Assembly: GCA_965368975.1 (NCBI GenBank)
Contig: CBDUPA010000012.1
Coordinates: 32,001-96,000 of the forward strand
Reading direction: 5' to 3'
Origin: an uncultured bacterium
Lineage (GTDB): Bacteria; Acidobacteriota; Thermoanaerobaculia; Multivoradales; JAHZIX01
Length of the DNA stretch: 64,000 nt
Shown here piece by piece: positions 41,612-50,295 of the stretch. The translations under genes and the position numbers were made by a program. Position 1 is the first letter of the stretch. Every line of letters starts with the position of its first letter. The notes under the pieces are model-generated. The model had not been told where the DNA came from. It ran no database searches and saw only the letters and a list, made by a program, of their open reading frames with translations.

Positions 41612-42806
41612 CGAAGCTCTCCTCGTCCACCAGTAGGCAGCCCGCTCGCTCACAGTCGTGCTCCACCGTGTCTTCGAAGCCTTGACGCATCAGGCGCTCG
41701 ATGCGGCGGGCGTCGAGATCGAGCAGGCCGACGGCGCCGCCGAAGTCCTCGCGCGGGGAGAAGCGGTGGATGGTCAGCGCGTGGAGGTCGCGGTGGCGCC
41801 GGGCCATGTGGCGGTACAGCGGACCCTCGGTGTCGCCCAGCTCGCGCGCGCGGCGCAGCCAGGCCAGGGCGAGGTTGATGCGCCGCGCGGCGGCGATGTC
41901 GAGGCGGATCTTGGCGGCCCAGGCGATCTGCTGCGAGCGGTAGAGGGTCTCCAGCGTGTTTTCCAGGTGTGACAGCGGCACGGCGCTGATGTCGGGGTCG
42001 AGGTAGACCACGAACAGCTCGCGACCGCCGGCACGGATCGCCGGTTTGAGCGGTGTATTGAGCAGCACGCCGCCGTCGATGTAGGGCTGGGAGCCGACGT
42101 CGGCGGGCGGGTAGAAGCCGGGTAGGGCGCTCGAGGCTTCGATCGCCAGCGGGCCCAGGGTGTCGCTCATGTTGCTGTTGTCGAAGATGCGTAGCTTGCC
42201 GGTGGCCCAGTTGGTGGCGACGATCCGCAGCTGGCGGCTGGAGCGGCGGATGGTCTCGAAGTCGATGCTGCGGCGGATGGTGCGGCTCCACGGCTCGCGC
42301 GAGACGAAGCTCGAGAAGTTGACCAGCTCCGCCGAGCGTTGCACCAGGCCCTCATCGTGACTACTGGCCGCGTGCACTAGGCGCTGCAGGCCTTCCCAGC
42401 CCAGTGACGCGCTGTCGCGCGCCAGGCGCAGGGCGGTCGAGAAGGGGTTGGGGAAGTAGCAGCGTGGGTCCAGGTACTCGGTCGGGGAAGCCTTGATGCG
42501 GTAGGCACCGTTGCCGCACGAGCCGGGGCGCTCGGCCAGCTGTTGGCGCCACACGTCGGCCAGGCGCCCGGCCGAGGCGTTGCCCAGATGGTCCCAGTTG
42601 GCGGCCAGGAAGGCGGCGTTGAAGGAGCCGATGGAGGTGCCGGCGAAGATGCCCGGGTCCAGTGACTGGTGACCGGTGGCAGACGAGCGGCCAGCTGCCA
42701 GGGCCTCGACGACGCCGACTCCGTAAGCACCGTCGGCACCGCCGCCGGAGAGCACCAGCGCTTGCGCGGTCGAGGAACCCGTGGAAGAACTAGTCGAGGC
42801 GCTCAT
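41595..42806 (-). CDS. Patatin-like phospholipase
   Basis: LVLSGGG, GTSIG (GxSxG) and YIDGG are intact; ATGA overlap with the upstream gene. Confidence 0.92.
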   Translation of the reverse strand: MSASTSSSTGSSTAQALVLSGGGADGAYGVGVVEALAAGRSSATGHQSLDPGIFAGTSIGSFNAAFLAANWDHLGNASAGRLADVWRQQLAERPGSCGNGAYRIKASPTEYLDPRCYFPNPFSTALRLARDSASLGWEGLQRLVHAASSHDEGLVQRSAELVNFSSFVSREPWSRTIRRSIDFETIRRSSRQLRIVATNWATGKLRIFDNSNMSDTLGPLAIEASSALPGFYPPADVGSQPYIDGGVLLNTPLKPAIRAGGRELFVVYLDPDISAVPLSHLENTLETLYRSQQIAWAAKIRLDIAAARRINLALAWLRRARELGDTEGPLYRHMARRHRDLHALTIHRFSPREDFGGAVGLLDLDARRIERLMRQGFEDTVEHDCERAGCLLVDEESFDETPE

Positions 42807-43825
42807 GGCAGGTACCTGAACAGTTCGGGGGCGGGGACGTCCTGGCGCAGGGCCGGCGCGGCGCTCGACAAGCCCCAGTGCCGCCAGCGCGCGTCGCCGG
42901 CATGGCGCAGCAGGGCGTGGAGCAGGTCGTCGCGGCCGTTGGCGCGCTGCCACAGGTGCAGTGCGCTGTGCACGCCGTGGCTCCAGGCCGTTGCTGCGTC
43001 CCGGTTGGCCGTTGGGTTGGGCGTGAGGTTGGACAGGGTGGTGGGTAGGGCGCGTTCGAGGATCGCCGGCTGGCGCAGGTTGACCAGCGTAAGCGCCCAG
43101 GCCAGGCCGCTGAGCGCGTTGAGCCGCGCCAGCGGATGGGGGGCGTCGCGCTGTGCGCGCGCCAGTGCCTGCTCGACCGAACCCACGTAGGGCAGGGCAT
43201 GGAAGGGGGAGAAGTAGAGGCCGCGGCCGTAGCCGTGCCACAGGTAGGGCACCAGGTGGGGGGCCAGGCGGTGCAGGTCGCGGTCCGCGCGGTGTAGCAG
43301 GCGAGCGTCACCGTCGGCGCGCAGGCCGAGCACCAGGCCGCTGGCTTCGAAGGTGACCTCGGCCCAGCCGGGGTGAGAGTGCCGTCGCGCGGCATCAAGG
43401 AGTTGCTCGAAGGGCTCGTCGAAGCTAGGCAGCGCGGCTGGGGCGCGCAGCGTCCGCGACGCCAGCTGCATGCCGAGACCTGGGTGCACGCAGGCCAAGG
43501 TTGCGCTCGGTAGGCCGTCGCGACCCAGGGGCGTGGACTCCAGGTGCTCGGCAGCCAGCCAGCCCAGCCCTTCCCAGGTCCACAAGCGACGCCAGGGCGC
43601 TAGCTCGTTGGTGCTGTGCAGGGAGCGGCTCAGGTCGCCGCGCCAATACGGGTCGGCGTGGCGGAAGAAGGTGAAGGCCTGCACCCGGTTTTGGAACTCC
43701 TGCCACACCGCCTGCTGCCCGGGCAGACGCTTGGCGGCCAGCGCCCAACCCTCGGCCATCGCCAGCGGTAGCAGGCTGACGGCGCGTGGCGCCAGGCCGT
43801 CGAGGCTGGGCAGCAGGTCTCTCAC
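42803..43825 (-). CDS. Hypothetical helical protein, remote DUF1702-like; paralog of 52149-53453
   Basis: GTG start in a GTGA overlap; WEGLG, HPGLGMQLA, YLWHGYGRGLYF, GLAWALTLVN. Confidence 0.7.
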   Translation of the reverse strand: MRDLLPSLDGLAPRAVSLLPLAMAEGWALAAKRLPGQQAVWQEFQNRVQAFTFFRHADPYWRGDLSRSLHSTNELAPWRRLWTWEGLGWLAAEHLESTPLGRDGLPSATLACVHPGLGMQLASRTLRAPAALPSFDEPFEQLLDAARRHSHPGWAEVTFEASGLVLGLRADGDARLLHRADRDLHRLAPHLVPYLWHGYGRGLYFSPFHALPYVGSVEQALARAQRDAPHPLARLNALSGLAWALTLVNLRQPAILERALPTTLSNLTPNPTANRDAATAWSHGVHSALHLWQRANGRDDLLHALLRHAGDARWRHWGLSSAAPALRQDVPAPELFRYLP

Positions 43826-45018
43826 GAGCGCACCAAGTCCAGCAGCTGGCGGCCGGGCGAAGCGCTCAGACGCACGGCGTAGAAGGTGGAGGTGGCATGG
43901 GGGGCGACGCCGACCGCCGAGTTGTCGGTGAGGATTCCCTGCAGGCCGTCGAAGCAGCCGCTGGTGGTGGTGATCGGTTGGAAGGCACCGAAGCGCAGCG
44001 CCTGCTGCTCGGGCAGGCCGCGCAGGCGCAGCACGAAGGAGCGCCCCTCGCCGCCCCGGGTTTCGAAGCTGCCGAGCTGCCGGCCGTCGGGTGTGCGCAG
44101 GAAGAACTCGTTGCGGCTGTCGAAGGGGATCGGACGCACGAGGGTGCCGGGAGCGCCCGGATCCAGGATGTTCAGGAATACCTTCGAGGTCATGCGTCCG
44201 ACCACGCGCCCGACTTCGACCTGCGTGCGCAGGCCCCGCTCCCCGTCGACCGCGCAGCGCAGGCGCAGCTGGGTCAGCTCTTGCTCGAGCTGGAAGCCGC
44301 GTGGAGTGCCGTCGGGGTGGAAGAGGAACTCGGTACGCGACTGCTTGCTGTGCTTGCGACCGTGGAAGTGCAGGTGGTGGATGCCCGGGTGTGTTCCGGT
44401 GCCGGTGTCGGGACTGCCGGTGTCGGGACTGCCGGTGTAGGGGGGGCCGGCGCCGAGGTCGTTGCTGAGCAAGCTCTCGACGGGGTTGAGCACGCGCAGG
44501 GTGAGGCGACCGCGGAACCCGGAGTCGGGACGCAGCTCGCCGTTGTAGGTGAAGGTGCCGTCGCCTTGCGCCAGCTTGCCGAAGCCGCGGTGCAGCACGC
44601 CCACCGCGGCGGCCCACAGGCGACCGTCGCCCGTCGGGAAGGTGCAGCCGGTGCCGAAAGCTTGGAAGCCGTCGCGCTCACTGGCGAAGCGGCACTCGGT
44701 GCCGACCATGGCGAAGCGCTGCGGGCGCTCCGGTCGGAAGGGAGTGGCCGGGGGGAGCTGGCCGGGGCGGGCGGCGTAGTCGTCGGGCATGAACAGCCAG
44801 CGCTGCGTCAGGTTTGCCAGCGGCGTGCCTTCGGGCGCGCTGCCGAAGGGGTACGCCGCGTCGACCAACTCGAAGCCGACCACGTCGCCGCCGTGCCGCA
44901 AGCCACGGCTCCGGTTCTCGACGCACGCCGTGACCAGGTCGAAGTAGGCGCTGCGGTCGAGCAACTCCTCGACGATCCCGAACGGGTGGGTCTCGGCGTT
45001 GAGGTCGGGCAACTGCAT
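43822..45018 (-). CDS. Hypothetical beta-rich protein, paralog family C (copy 3)
   Basis: LLDRSAYF, PPATPFRPERPQRF, FGTGCTFP, GFGKL, GRSFVLRL, LRFGAF, GCFDGLQG. Confidence 0.78.
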   Translation of the reverse strand: MQLPDLNAETHPFGIVEELLDRSAYFDLVTACVENRSRGLRHGGDVVGFELVDAAYPFGSAPEGTPLANLTQRWLFMPDDYAARPGQLPPATPFRPERPQRFAMVGTECRFASERDGFQAFGTGCTFPTGDGRLWAAAVGVLHRGFGKLAQGDGTFTYNGELRPDSGFRGRLTLRVLNPVESLLSNDLGAGPPYTGSPDTGSPDTGTGTHPGIHHLHFHGRKHSKQSRTEFLFHPDGTPRGFQLEQELTQLRLRCAVDGERGLRTQVEVGRVVGRMTSKVFLNILDPGAPGTLVRPIPFDSRNEFFLRTPDGRQLGSFETRGGEGRSFVLRLRGLPEQQALRFGAFQPITTTSGCFDGLQGILTDNSAVGVAPHATSTFYAVRLSASPGRQLLDLVRS

Positions 45019-45020
45019 CG

Positions 45021-46076
45021 TTACCTCACGAAGGAGAAGTGGGACTTGCGGAAGCTGTCGCCGAAGGCCTTGGCGCTGCCCTGCTCGAAGTCGATCTCGA
45101 ACATCACGCCGTACATGTAGTAGGACTTGCGCGGCCGGCTCTTGTACCACTCCAGGAACATCCAGAAGACGTTCTCCTGCATCACCGGCTTGAGGTCGGG
45201 TCCCAGCACCTGGCCGATCCACAGGAAGGCGCCGCGGCTGAGTTCGTAGGCGATCAGGGCCAGCTCCTGACGGAACTCGATGCGCGTGGTCAGCCAGCCG
45301 GTGATGCCGATCTCCGGCCGGTAGACGTTGAGCGCCAGGTCGACCTTGTTCTCGGCGATCGGTGGCAGCTTGTCGGCGGTGAAGTGGCGCAGCTGCGAAC
45401 CGACCACCGTCTGCACGTACTCGTCGCCGCTGGTCTCGCCCTTGCCCCAAGTCATGTGCCAGGTGGGGGGATCCGGGTCCATCTCGTCGCCGCCATCGAA
45501 GGCGAAGCGGCGGTTGACGCCCTGCCATTTGCCCGGGAAGCTCTCCAGGCCGGCGGGGTCGAAGGGGGCATCGCTGCCCGCCGCGAAAGCCTTCTCGAGT
45601 GCTTTGGTTTCGACTTCCATGGCCTCGAAGTGGCCGCCCTCGCGGTATTTCTCGAGCACCCCGGCGACGTCGGTGGCGAGGGGGCCGGCGTGCCGCTGGA
45701 AGCCGTTGCGCAGGAACTGCAGCCGGTCGACGTTGCGATCGAGTCGCCGCGCTACGATGTCGAAGTAGCTCTTCTGGGCGATCGCCTCGGAGATCCCACG
45801 CAACTGCTCCAGCTGCTGCTTCTGGTAGTTTCGATCCTGGCGCGGCCAGCGGTCGAGAACCTCGTAGTTGACGCGCAGGTACTTGTTGTCCTGCTTGGGC
45901 AGGGTGCTCTGCCCGGCATAGTCGGAGATCACCCAGGCCGAGAAGGCGGCCTCGTCCAGGTTGTCGTCGAAGATTCTCTCGTGGCCGCTCACCAGGGTCG
46001 TCTCGTGATCGCGTTGGACCGAGACGATGCTGTAGCGGACCAGCTTCACCATGTCGTCGCTCAGGTGGGTATCCAT
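45021..46076 (-). CDS. Hypothetical protein: N-terminal repeated domain B plus C-terminal beta domain
   Basis: AGGAG RBS before MDTHLSDDMVKLVRYSIVS...RWPRQDRNY; C-terminal part has FPGKWQG and beta strands. Confidence 0.78.
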   Translation of the reverse strand: MDTHLSDDMVKLVRYSIVSVQRDHETTLVSGHERIFDDNLDEAAFSAWVISDYAGQSTLPKQDNKYLRVNYEVLDRWPRQDRNYQKQQLEQLRGISEAIAQKSYFDIVARRLDRNVDRLQFLRNGFQRHAGPLATDVAGVLEKYREGGHFEAMEVETKALEKAFAAGSDAPFDPAGLESFPGKWQGVNRRFAFDGGDEMDPDPPTWHMTWGKGETSGDEYVQTVVGSQLRHFTADKLPPIAENKVDLALNVYRPEIGITGWLTTRIEFRQELALIAYELSRGAFLWIGQVLGPDLKPVMQENVFWMFLEWYKSRPRKSYYMYGVMFEIDFEQGSAKAFGDSFRKSHFSFVR

Positions 46077-46111
46077 TGTCGCGTTCTCCTGCGCAGCGTG
46101 TTGTGGGGGTG

Positions 46112-46522
46112 TCAGAGTTGGCCGATCTGCTCGCCGATGTCGCGCAGCGTCTCCAGCTTCCGTTTCTCGTACTCGCGGTCCTGGCGCGGCCAGCGGCGCG
46201 ACACCACGAAGTCGACCCGCAGGTCCTTGTGCTCGCCCTCCTGCAGCTGGTCCGCCGGCTCCAGCTGGTGATAGTCGTCGGACTGCAAGTACTCGGTGAT
46301 GCGCCAGGCGGCGAAGGCCTCGGCGGTCATGCTGTCGGTCACCATCACCGTGCCGGAGCCCTGGGGCAAGACGCGCTCGTGGTCGCGCCGGATCGAGACG
46401 AGGGTGTAGGCGACGAGTTTGACCTGGGTGTCGCCCAGGTCGTAGGGCGAGGGCAGGCCGTACTTCTGGGCCGCGCCGCCGGTTGACGTGGTGGGGGGCT
46501 GGTGGGCCGTGGAGTCGCTCAT
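46112..46522 (-). CDS. Hypothetical protein, stand-alone repeated domain B
   Basis: VKLVAYTLVSIRRDHE...AFAAW...LRV...RWPRQDREYEKRKLE. Confidence 0.8.
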   Translation of the reverse strand: MSDSTAHQPPTTSTGGAAQKYGLPSPYDLGDTQVKLVAYTLVSIRRDHERVLPQGSGTVMVTDSMTAEAFAAWRITEYLQSDDYHQLEPADQLQEGEHKDLRVDFVVSRRWPRQDREYEKRKLETLRDIGEQIGQL

Positions 46523-47775
46523 CGATGACCTCCGGCGCGCCAGCGACCCTCGGGGTCGACCAGCTGCAGGACGTTGACCATCGACAGCGCGTGCGGCGTG
46601 ATGCCAATGGCCGAGTTGACGGACAGCAGGCCCTGGACGCCCTCGAAGCTGCCGCGACCGGCGACCACCGGGCCGACGCCGCCGTAGCGCATGGCCGGTT
46701 GCTCGGGATGCGTCGGGAAGCTGAGGCCGAAGGAGCGACCCAGGGCGACGCCGGCTTCGATCACCCCGGCGCCGCCGCCGAAGGTGTATTCGTTGTGGGT
46801 GGTGAAAGCGTTGGGTTGCTGGTCGCTGCCGGGCGGTGCCAGGATGTCGAGGTGGACCTCGGCGACCAGCTCGGCGAGCAGCGGACCCAGCGTGGCGGCG
46901 CAGCGCGGGCCGTCGTGGCCGTGGTGCTGGCGGTAGCGCACCGCGCGCATCTGCGCTGGCGTCACCAGGCTGACGTGCCCGGGTGCGGGCGGTGGTCCGT
47001 ACTCGGTGCGCACATTTGGGTCGGCTTTCTCGCCGCGCATCAGGACGTACGTGACGCCGCCTTCGGGATCGTCGAAGACGCCGGATACGGCCGGCATGGA
47101 TTCGGGCTCGCGTTCGCTGCGCAGGCGGCCGTCAGGGTCGAGGATGCGGCAGTCGACGTGACCGCGGAAGCCCAGCTGCGTAAAGCTGCCGTTGAGCGCG
47201 AAGGTGCCCTGCATGCCGCTCAGGCGGCCGAAGCCCTCGCGAACATTGCCCACCGCGCCCGCCAGCAGGTAGGGGCGTCCGGCTACCACCACCGGGTGCG
47301 TGCGGCCGACTGCGTAGCCGCGCACGCCGTGTCCCGGCGCGATCGTGATCTCGACGTCGACCAGGGCGAAAGACTGCGCTCGCCAGGGGTCGAAGAGAGT
47401 TGCCGGCGGTAGCTTTCCCGGTGTCCAGGGGATGTCGTCGGGGCCGATCAGGAAGCGGCCGCTGAGCGTGCCCGTTGCCGCGCCGACCTGCTGGGTCACG
47501 CGCAGTCCGCCGTCGGCACGCGGGCTGGCTTCGGCCTCGAAGGGGTGCAGGGCGCTGCGCGCATCGAGGCCGTAGCCGCCGTGGATGCCGAAGTAGTCGT
47601 CGGGGTGGCCGGGGGTGAGCGTCGCCTGCCGCTCGCTGTAGCCGCGGTCCGGGACGGCGAAGAAGACGAAGTTGGCGGCCTGGTCGAGCAGGTGTTGCAC
47701 CAGGGGATAGGGCGAGGTCAGCCGGTTGACGTCGGGCAGCTGCGCGGGTTGGGCGCTCGGGGTCGTCATGGTCAT
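46519..47775 (-). CDS. Hypothetical beta-rich protein, paralog family C (copy 2)
   Basis: LLDQAANF, PPATLFDPWRAQSF, GRTHP, AVGNVREGFGRL, GRSFGL, MRYGG, GSFEGVQG. Confidence 0.78.
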   Translation of the reverse strand: MTMTTPSAQPAQLPDVNRLTSPYPLVQHLLDQAANFVFFAVPDRGYSERQATLTPGHPDDYFGIHGGYGLDARSALHPFEAEASPRADGGLRVTQQVGAATGTLSGRFLIGPDDIPWTPGKLPPATLFDPWRAQSFALVDVEITIAPGHGVRGYAVGRTHPVVVAGRPYLLAGAVGNVREGFGRLSGMQGTFALNGSFTQLGFRGHVDCRILDPDGRLRSEREPESMPAVSGVFDDPEGGVTYVLMRGEKADPNVRTEYGPPPAPGHVSLVTPAQMRAVRYRQHHGHDGPRCAATLGPLLAELVAEVHLDILAPPGSDQQPNAFTTHNEYTFGGGAGVIEAGVALGRSFGLSFPTHPEQPAMRYGGVGPVVAGRGSFEGVQGLLSVNSAIGITPHALSMVNVLQLVDPEGRWRAGGHR

Positions 47776-47787
47776 CGCAGCCTCCTT

Positions 47788-48984
47788 TCACGTGGCACGG
47801 AAGCGCGCCTCGGGGTCGAGCAGGCGGGCGACGTAGCGGTTGGTGATGACGTGGTCGAAGGGCGGAGGTCCGAAGACCGAGCCGGCGGTGCCGTAGATCA
47901 TGCCCTGAGCGCCGCGCAAGCAGCCCTTGCTGCCGACCACGGCGCCGAAGTAGCCGAAGCGCAGCGCCGGTGCCTCGGGGGCGCCGGGTAGCTGCATCTG
48001 GATGCTGCGCCCTTCCAGGAAGTTGGCGGTCAGGCTACCGACGGTGGTGCCGGCGGCGTCGTGGAAGAAATACTCGCTGACGCCTTCGAATTGGAACGGG
48101 GTGGCCGCTGTGCCGGCGCCCGGACGGCGCGCCTGGGTTTCGCGCCCAAAGCCGATCTCCAAGCCGAGCCGGGCGCCGATCTGGAACTCCTGCACGCGCA
48201 GGCCGTCGCGGCTGCTGAAGTCGGCACTCGCGTGCTTCAGGTGTACAGGGATGTTGACGCCGCGCGGCTCGCCCTCCGGCGTCGTGCTCCAGTGGTTCTC
48301 GAGCTGCGGGTCGTCGTCTTTCTGCGCCACCCAGGTGAGCAGCGTCGCGGAGCGATCGGGGAACGGCACCGGGTCGAGGGCGGGCAGCTCAGCGCCGCCG
48401 CGCCGCAGCTTGCCGCGTGGGTCGACCAAGCGCACCATGATGTGTCCCTGGAAGCCGGCTTCGGCGCTCAGATCGCCGCACAGGGTGTAGTTGCCCTGCA
48501 CGCCGCGCAGGCGGCCGAAGCCCTCGGTGAGGTTGCCCACCGCCGCCGCCAGAAGCCGCGGTCCTCCGCCGGACGCCCCCCCGGGGGACCACATTGGAAA
48601 GGTGCGACCGGTACCGAAGCTGTGGAAGCCGTCGCCGCTGCCGAAGCTGAACGTGGCGCGTCGCAGTTCGAAGCGCTGGCTGCGGTCGGGATCGAGTTCG
48701 GTGAGCGGTGGCGTGTGGCCCGGGCGCGCCAAGGTGGACCACGGGATCATGCGCAGCTCGAGGTCGAGCCGGCCTTCGGCTGCGGCCACCTGGTTGCGCG
48801 CCTGCACGCCGGTGGTCATGGACGGCGGCAGTAAGTCGATGCGGCAGCGGTGGATCGCCAGCTGCTGACGCAGGCCGCCTGCCGCACCGCCGGCGGGCGC
48901 GGTCTCGGGCACTACGAACAGGTCGAAGCTCGCGGCCTGGTCGACCAGGTGTTGCAACGCAGGGGCTGAGTGCCGATCGCTCAT
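47788..48984 (-). CDS. Hypothetical beta-rich protein, paralog family C (copy 1)
   Basis: LVDQAASF, PPLTELDPDRSQRF, FGTGRTFP, AVGNLTEGFGRL, GRSIQM, LRFGYF, GCLRGAQG. Confidence 0.78.
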   Translation of the reverse strand: MSDRHSAPALQHLVDQAASFDLFVVPETAPAGGAAGGLRQQLAIHRCRIDLLPPSMTTGVQARNQVAAAEGRLDLELRMIPWSTLARPGHTPPLTELDPDRSQRFELRRATFSFGSGDGFHSFGTGRTFPMWSPGGASGGGPRLLAAAVGNLTEGFGRLRGVQGNYTLCGDLSAEAGFQGHIMVRLVDPRGKLRRGGAELPALDPVPFPDRSATLLTWVAQKDDDPQLENHWSTTPEGEPRGVNIPVHLKHASADFSSRDGLRVQEFQIGARLGLEIGFGRETQARRPGAGTAATPFQFEGVSEYFFHDAAGTTVGSLTANFLEGRSIQMQLPGAPEAPALRFGYFGAVVGSKGCLRGAQGMIYGTAGSVFGPPPFDHVITNRYVARLLDPEARFRAT

Positions 48985-49024
48985 GGCGAGGCCTCCTTCC
49001 GGGAGTCGGAGAGCGAGTGCGGGA

Positions 49025-49573
49025 CTACAGGCGGTCGATGGCTTCCTTGATGCCTTCCAATTCTTCTAGCTTACGCTTCTCGTACTCACGGTCTTGCCGC
49101 GGCCAGCGATCCTTGACCGACCAGGAGACGCGCAGGTACTTGCGGTCGTTGGAGTCCATGTTGGTCTCGCTGGCGTAGTCGGAGATGACCCAGGTGGCAA
49201 AGGCGTCGTCGGTCAGCTTGTCGTCGAAGATCTTTTCCTGCTCCTTGACCAGGACTTCTTCTTTGTCGCGCTGGATCGAGACGATGCTGTAGCGCACCAG
49301 TTTGACCATGTCGTCGTTGAGGTTACGGTCGCTCATGATGGTGTCCTCTCGGGATGGTGGGGGTTGAGTCGTGGGTTGCGGCAGTACCGGGCCGCCAGTG
49401 CGGGTTGCGGAAGGCGGGGTGACGCCGGCCGGGGGCCGGGGTTCTCGAGCCACCTCTGCCACGGGATCCGCTGTGAAGCGCTGCACCTCGTGCAGGGTCT
49501 GGCCGGCCAGCTCGAAGATGGCACTCGAGAAGGCCAGAGGCAGGCGGATCAGGTGGCGGAAGAGCTCGAACAT
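49025..49573 (-). CDS. Hypothetical protein: amphipathic N-terminus, Pro-rich linker, repeated domain B
   Basis: MFELFRHLIRLPLAF...; an internal RBS and ATG at 49336 start MSDRNLNDDMVKLVRYSIVS...RWPRQDREYEKRKLE. Confidence 0.78.
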   Translation of the reverse strand: MFELFRHLIRLPLAFSSAIFELAGQTLHEVQRFTADPVAEVAREPRPPAGVTPPSATRTGGPVLPQPTTQPPPSREDTIMSDRNLNDDMVKLVRYSIVSIQRDKEEVLVKEQEKIFDDKLTDDAFATWVISDYASETNMDSNDRKYLRVSWSVKDRWPRQDREYEKRKLEELEGIKEAIDRL

Positions 49574-49589
49574 GGATCTCTCGCGGTTC

Positions 49590-49994
49590 TCAGGAGCCGG
49601 CCGGCACCGGGCCCCAGCCCTCGGGCGGCGCCTGGGCGGCTGCGTCCTGAGGGGCTGCGGCCTGATGGGCAGTGTCCTGATGGGCAGTGTCCTGATGGGC
49701 GGCGTCGTGATGCGCTGCATCGGAGTGCGCTGACGACGGCGAAGCGGCACTGTCGCCCATGGCACCGAAGACCAGGTCGAGCGTGCTGCTCTGCACGCGG
49801 TCGCCCAGGTCGTAGACCTCCTGCAGTCCTTCGCCCAGCTGGTCGCGCGCCGCCGAGCTGACGGCGTCGAGGGCTTCGGTGACCTTGCCGGGGCGGGTCC
49901 ACTCTTGCGGCGTGGCCAGGCTCGCCATCTGTTTCATGGCGAACAGCGGCAGGGTCCAGCCGAAGCGCAGCATGGCCTTGGTCAGGTCGCGCAT
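49590..49994 (-). CDS. Small helical protein, module A, with H-x-D-x-A repeats
   Basis: MRDLTKAMLRFGWTLPLF...ALDAVSSAARDQLG...YDLGDRVQ; 15-bp tandem repeats; tail GWGPVP. Confidence 0.78.
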   Translation of the reverse strand: MRDLTKAMLRFGWTLPLFAMKQMASLATPQEWTRPGKVTEALDAVSSAARDQLGEGLQEVYDLGDRVQSSTLDLVFGAMGDSAASPSSAHSDAAHHDAAHQDTAHQDTAHQAAAPQDAAAQAPPEGWGPVPAGS

Positions 49995-49997
49995 GGC

Positions 49998-50279
49998 CTA
50001 CGGGCCGTCCGTGCCGGTGCTGGTGCGGGTGCCGGCGTCGACGGCCGAGAAGGCGGCATCGACCACCCGGCGCTGCAGCTGGTCGCCCTGCTCGTAGAGC
50101 TTGCGCAGCTGCGGCCCCATGTGGCGTTCGGCTTCTTCGGCCAGGGCGTCGAAGGTCTCGGTGGCGGCCTCGAGTGGTCGCTGACCTTCGCCGGGTTTGA
50201 CCAGCTTGACCATCTGGTCCAAGCCGAGCATCGGCATGGCCCAGGAGAAGCGGAGCATCGATCGGGTGAGTTCTCGCAT
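49998..50279 (-). CDS. Small helical protein, module A
   Basis: MRELTRSMLRFSWAMPML...FDALAEEAERHMG...YEQGDQLQ; AAGGA RBS. Confidence 0.8.
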   Translation of the reverse strand: MRELTRSMLRFSWAMPMLGLDQMVKLVKPGEGQRPLEAATETFDALAEEAERHMGPQLRKLYEQGDQLQRRVVDAAFSAVDAGTRTSTGTDGP

Positions 50280-50295
50280 GTGGGATCCTTTACAT

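Noticed and set aside
45021-50279. Small repeated proteins as gas-vesicle, BMC-shell, encapsulin or contractile-injection components
   Set aside because: No GvpA, BMC, HK97, tube, sheath or baseplate motifs recognisable by eye; structure searches are needed to exclude them fully.
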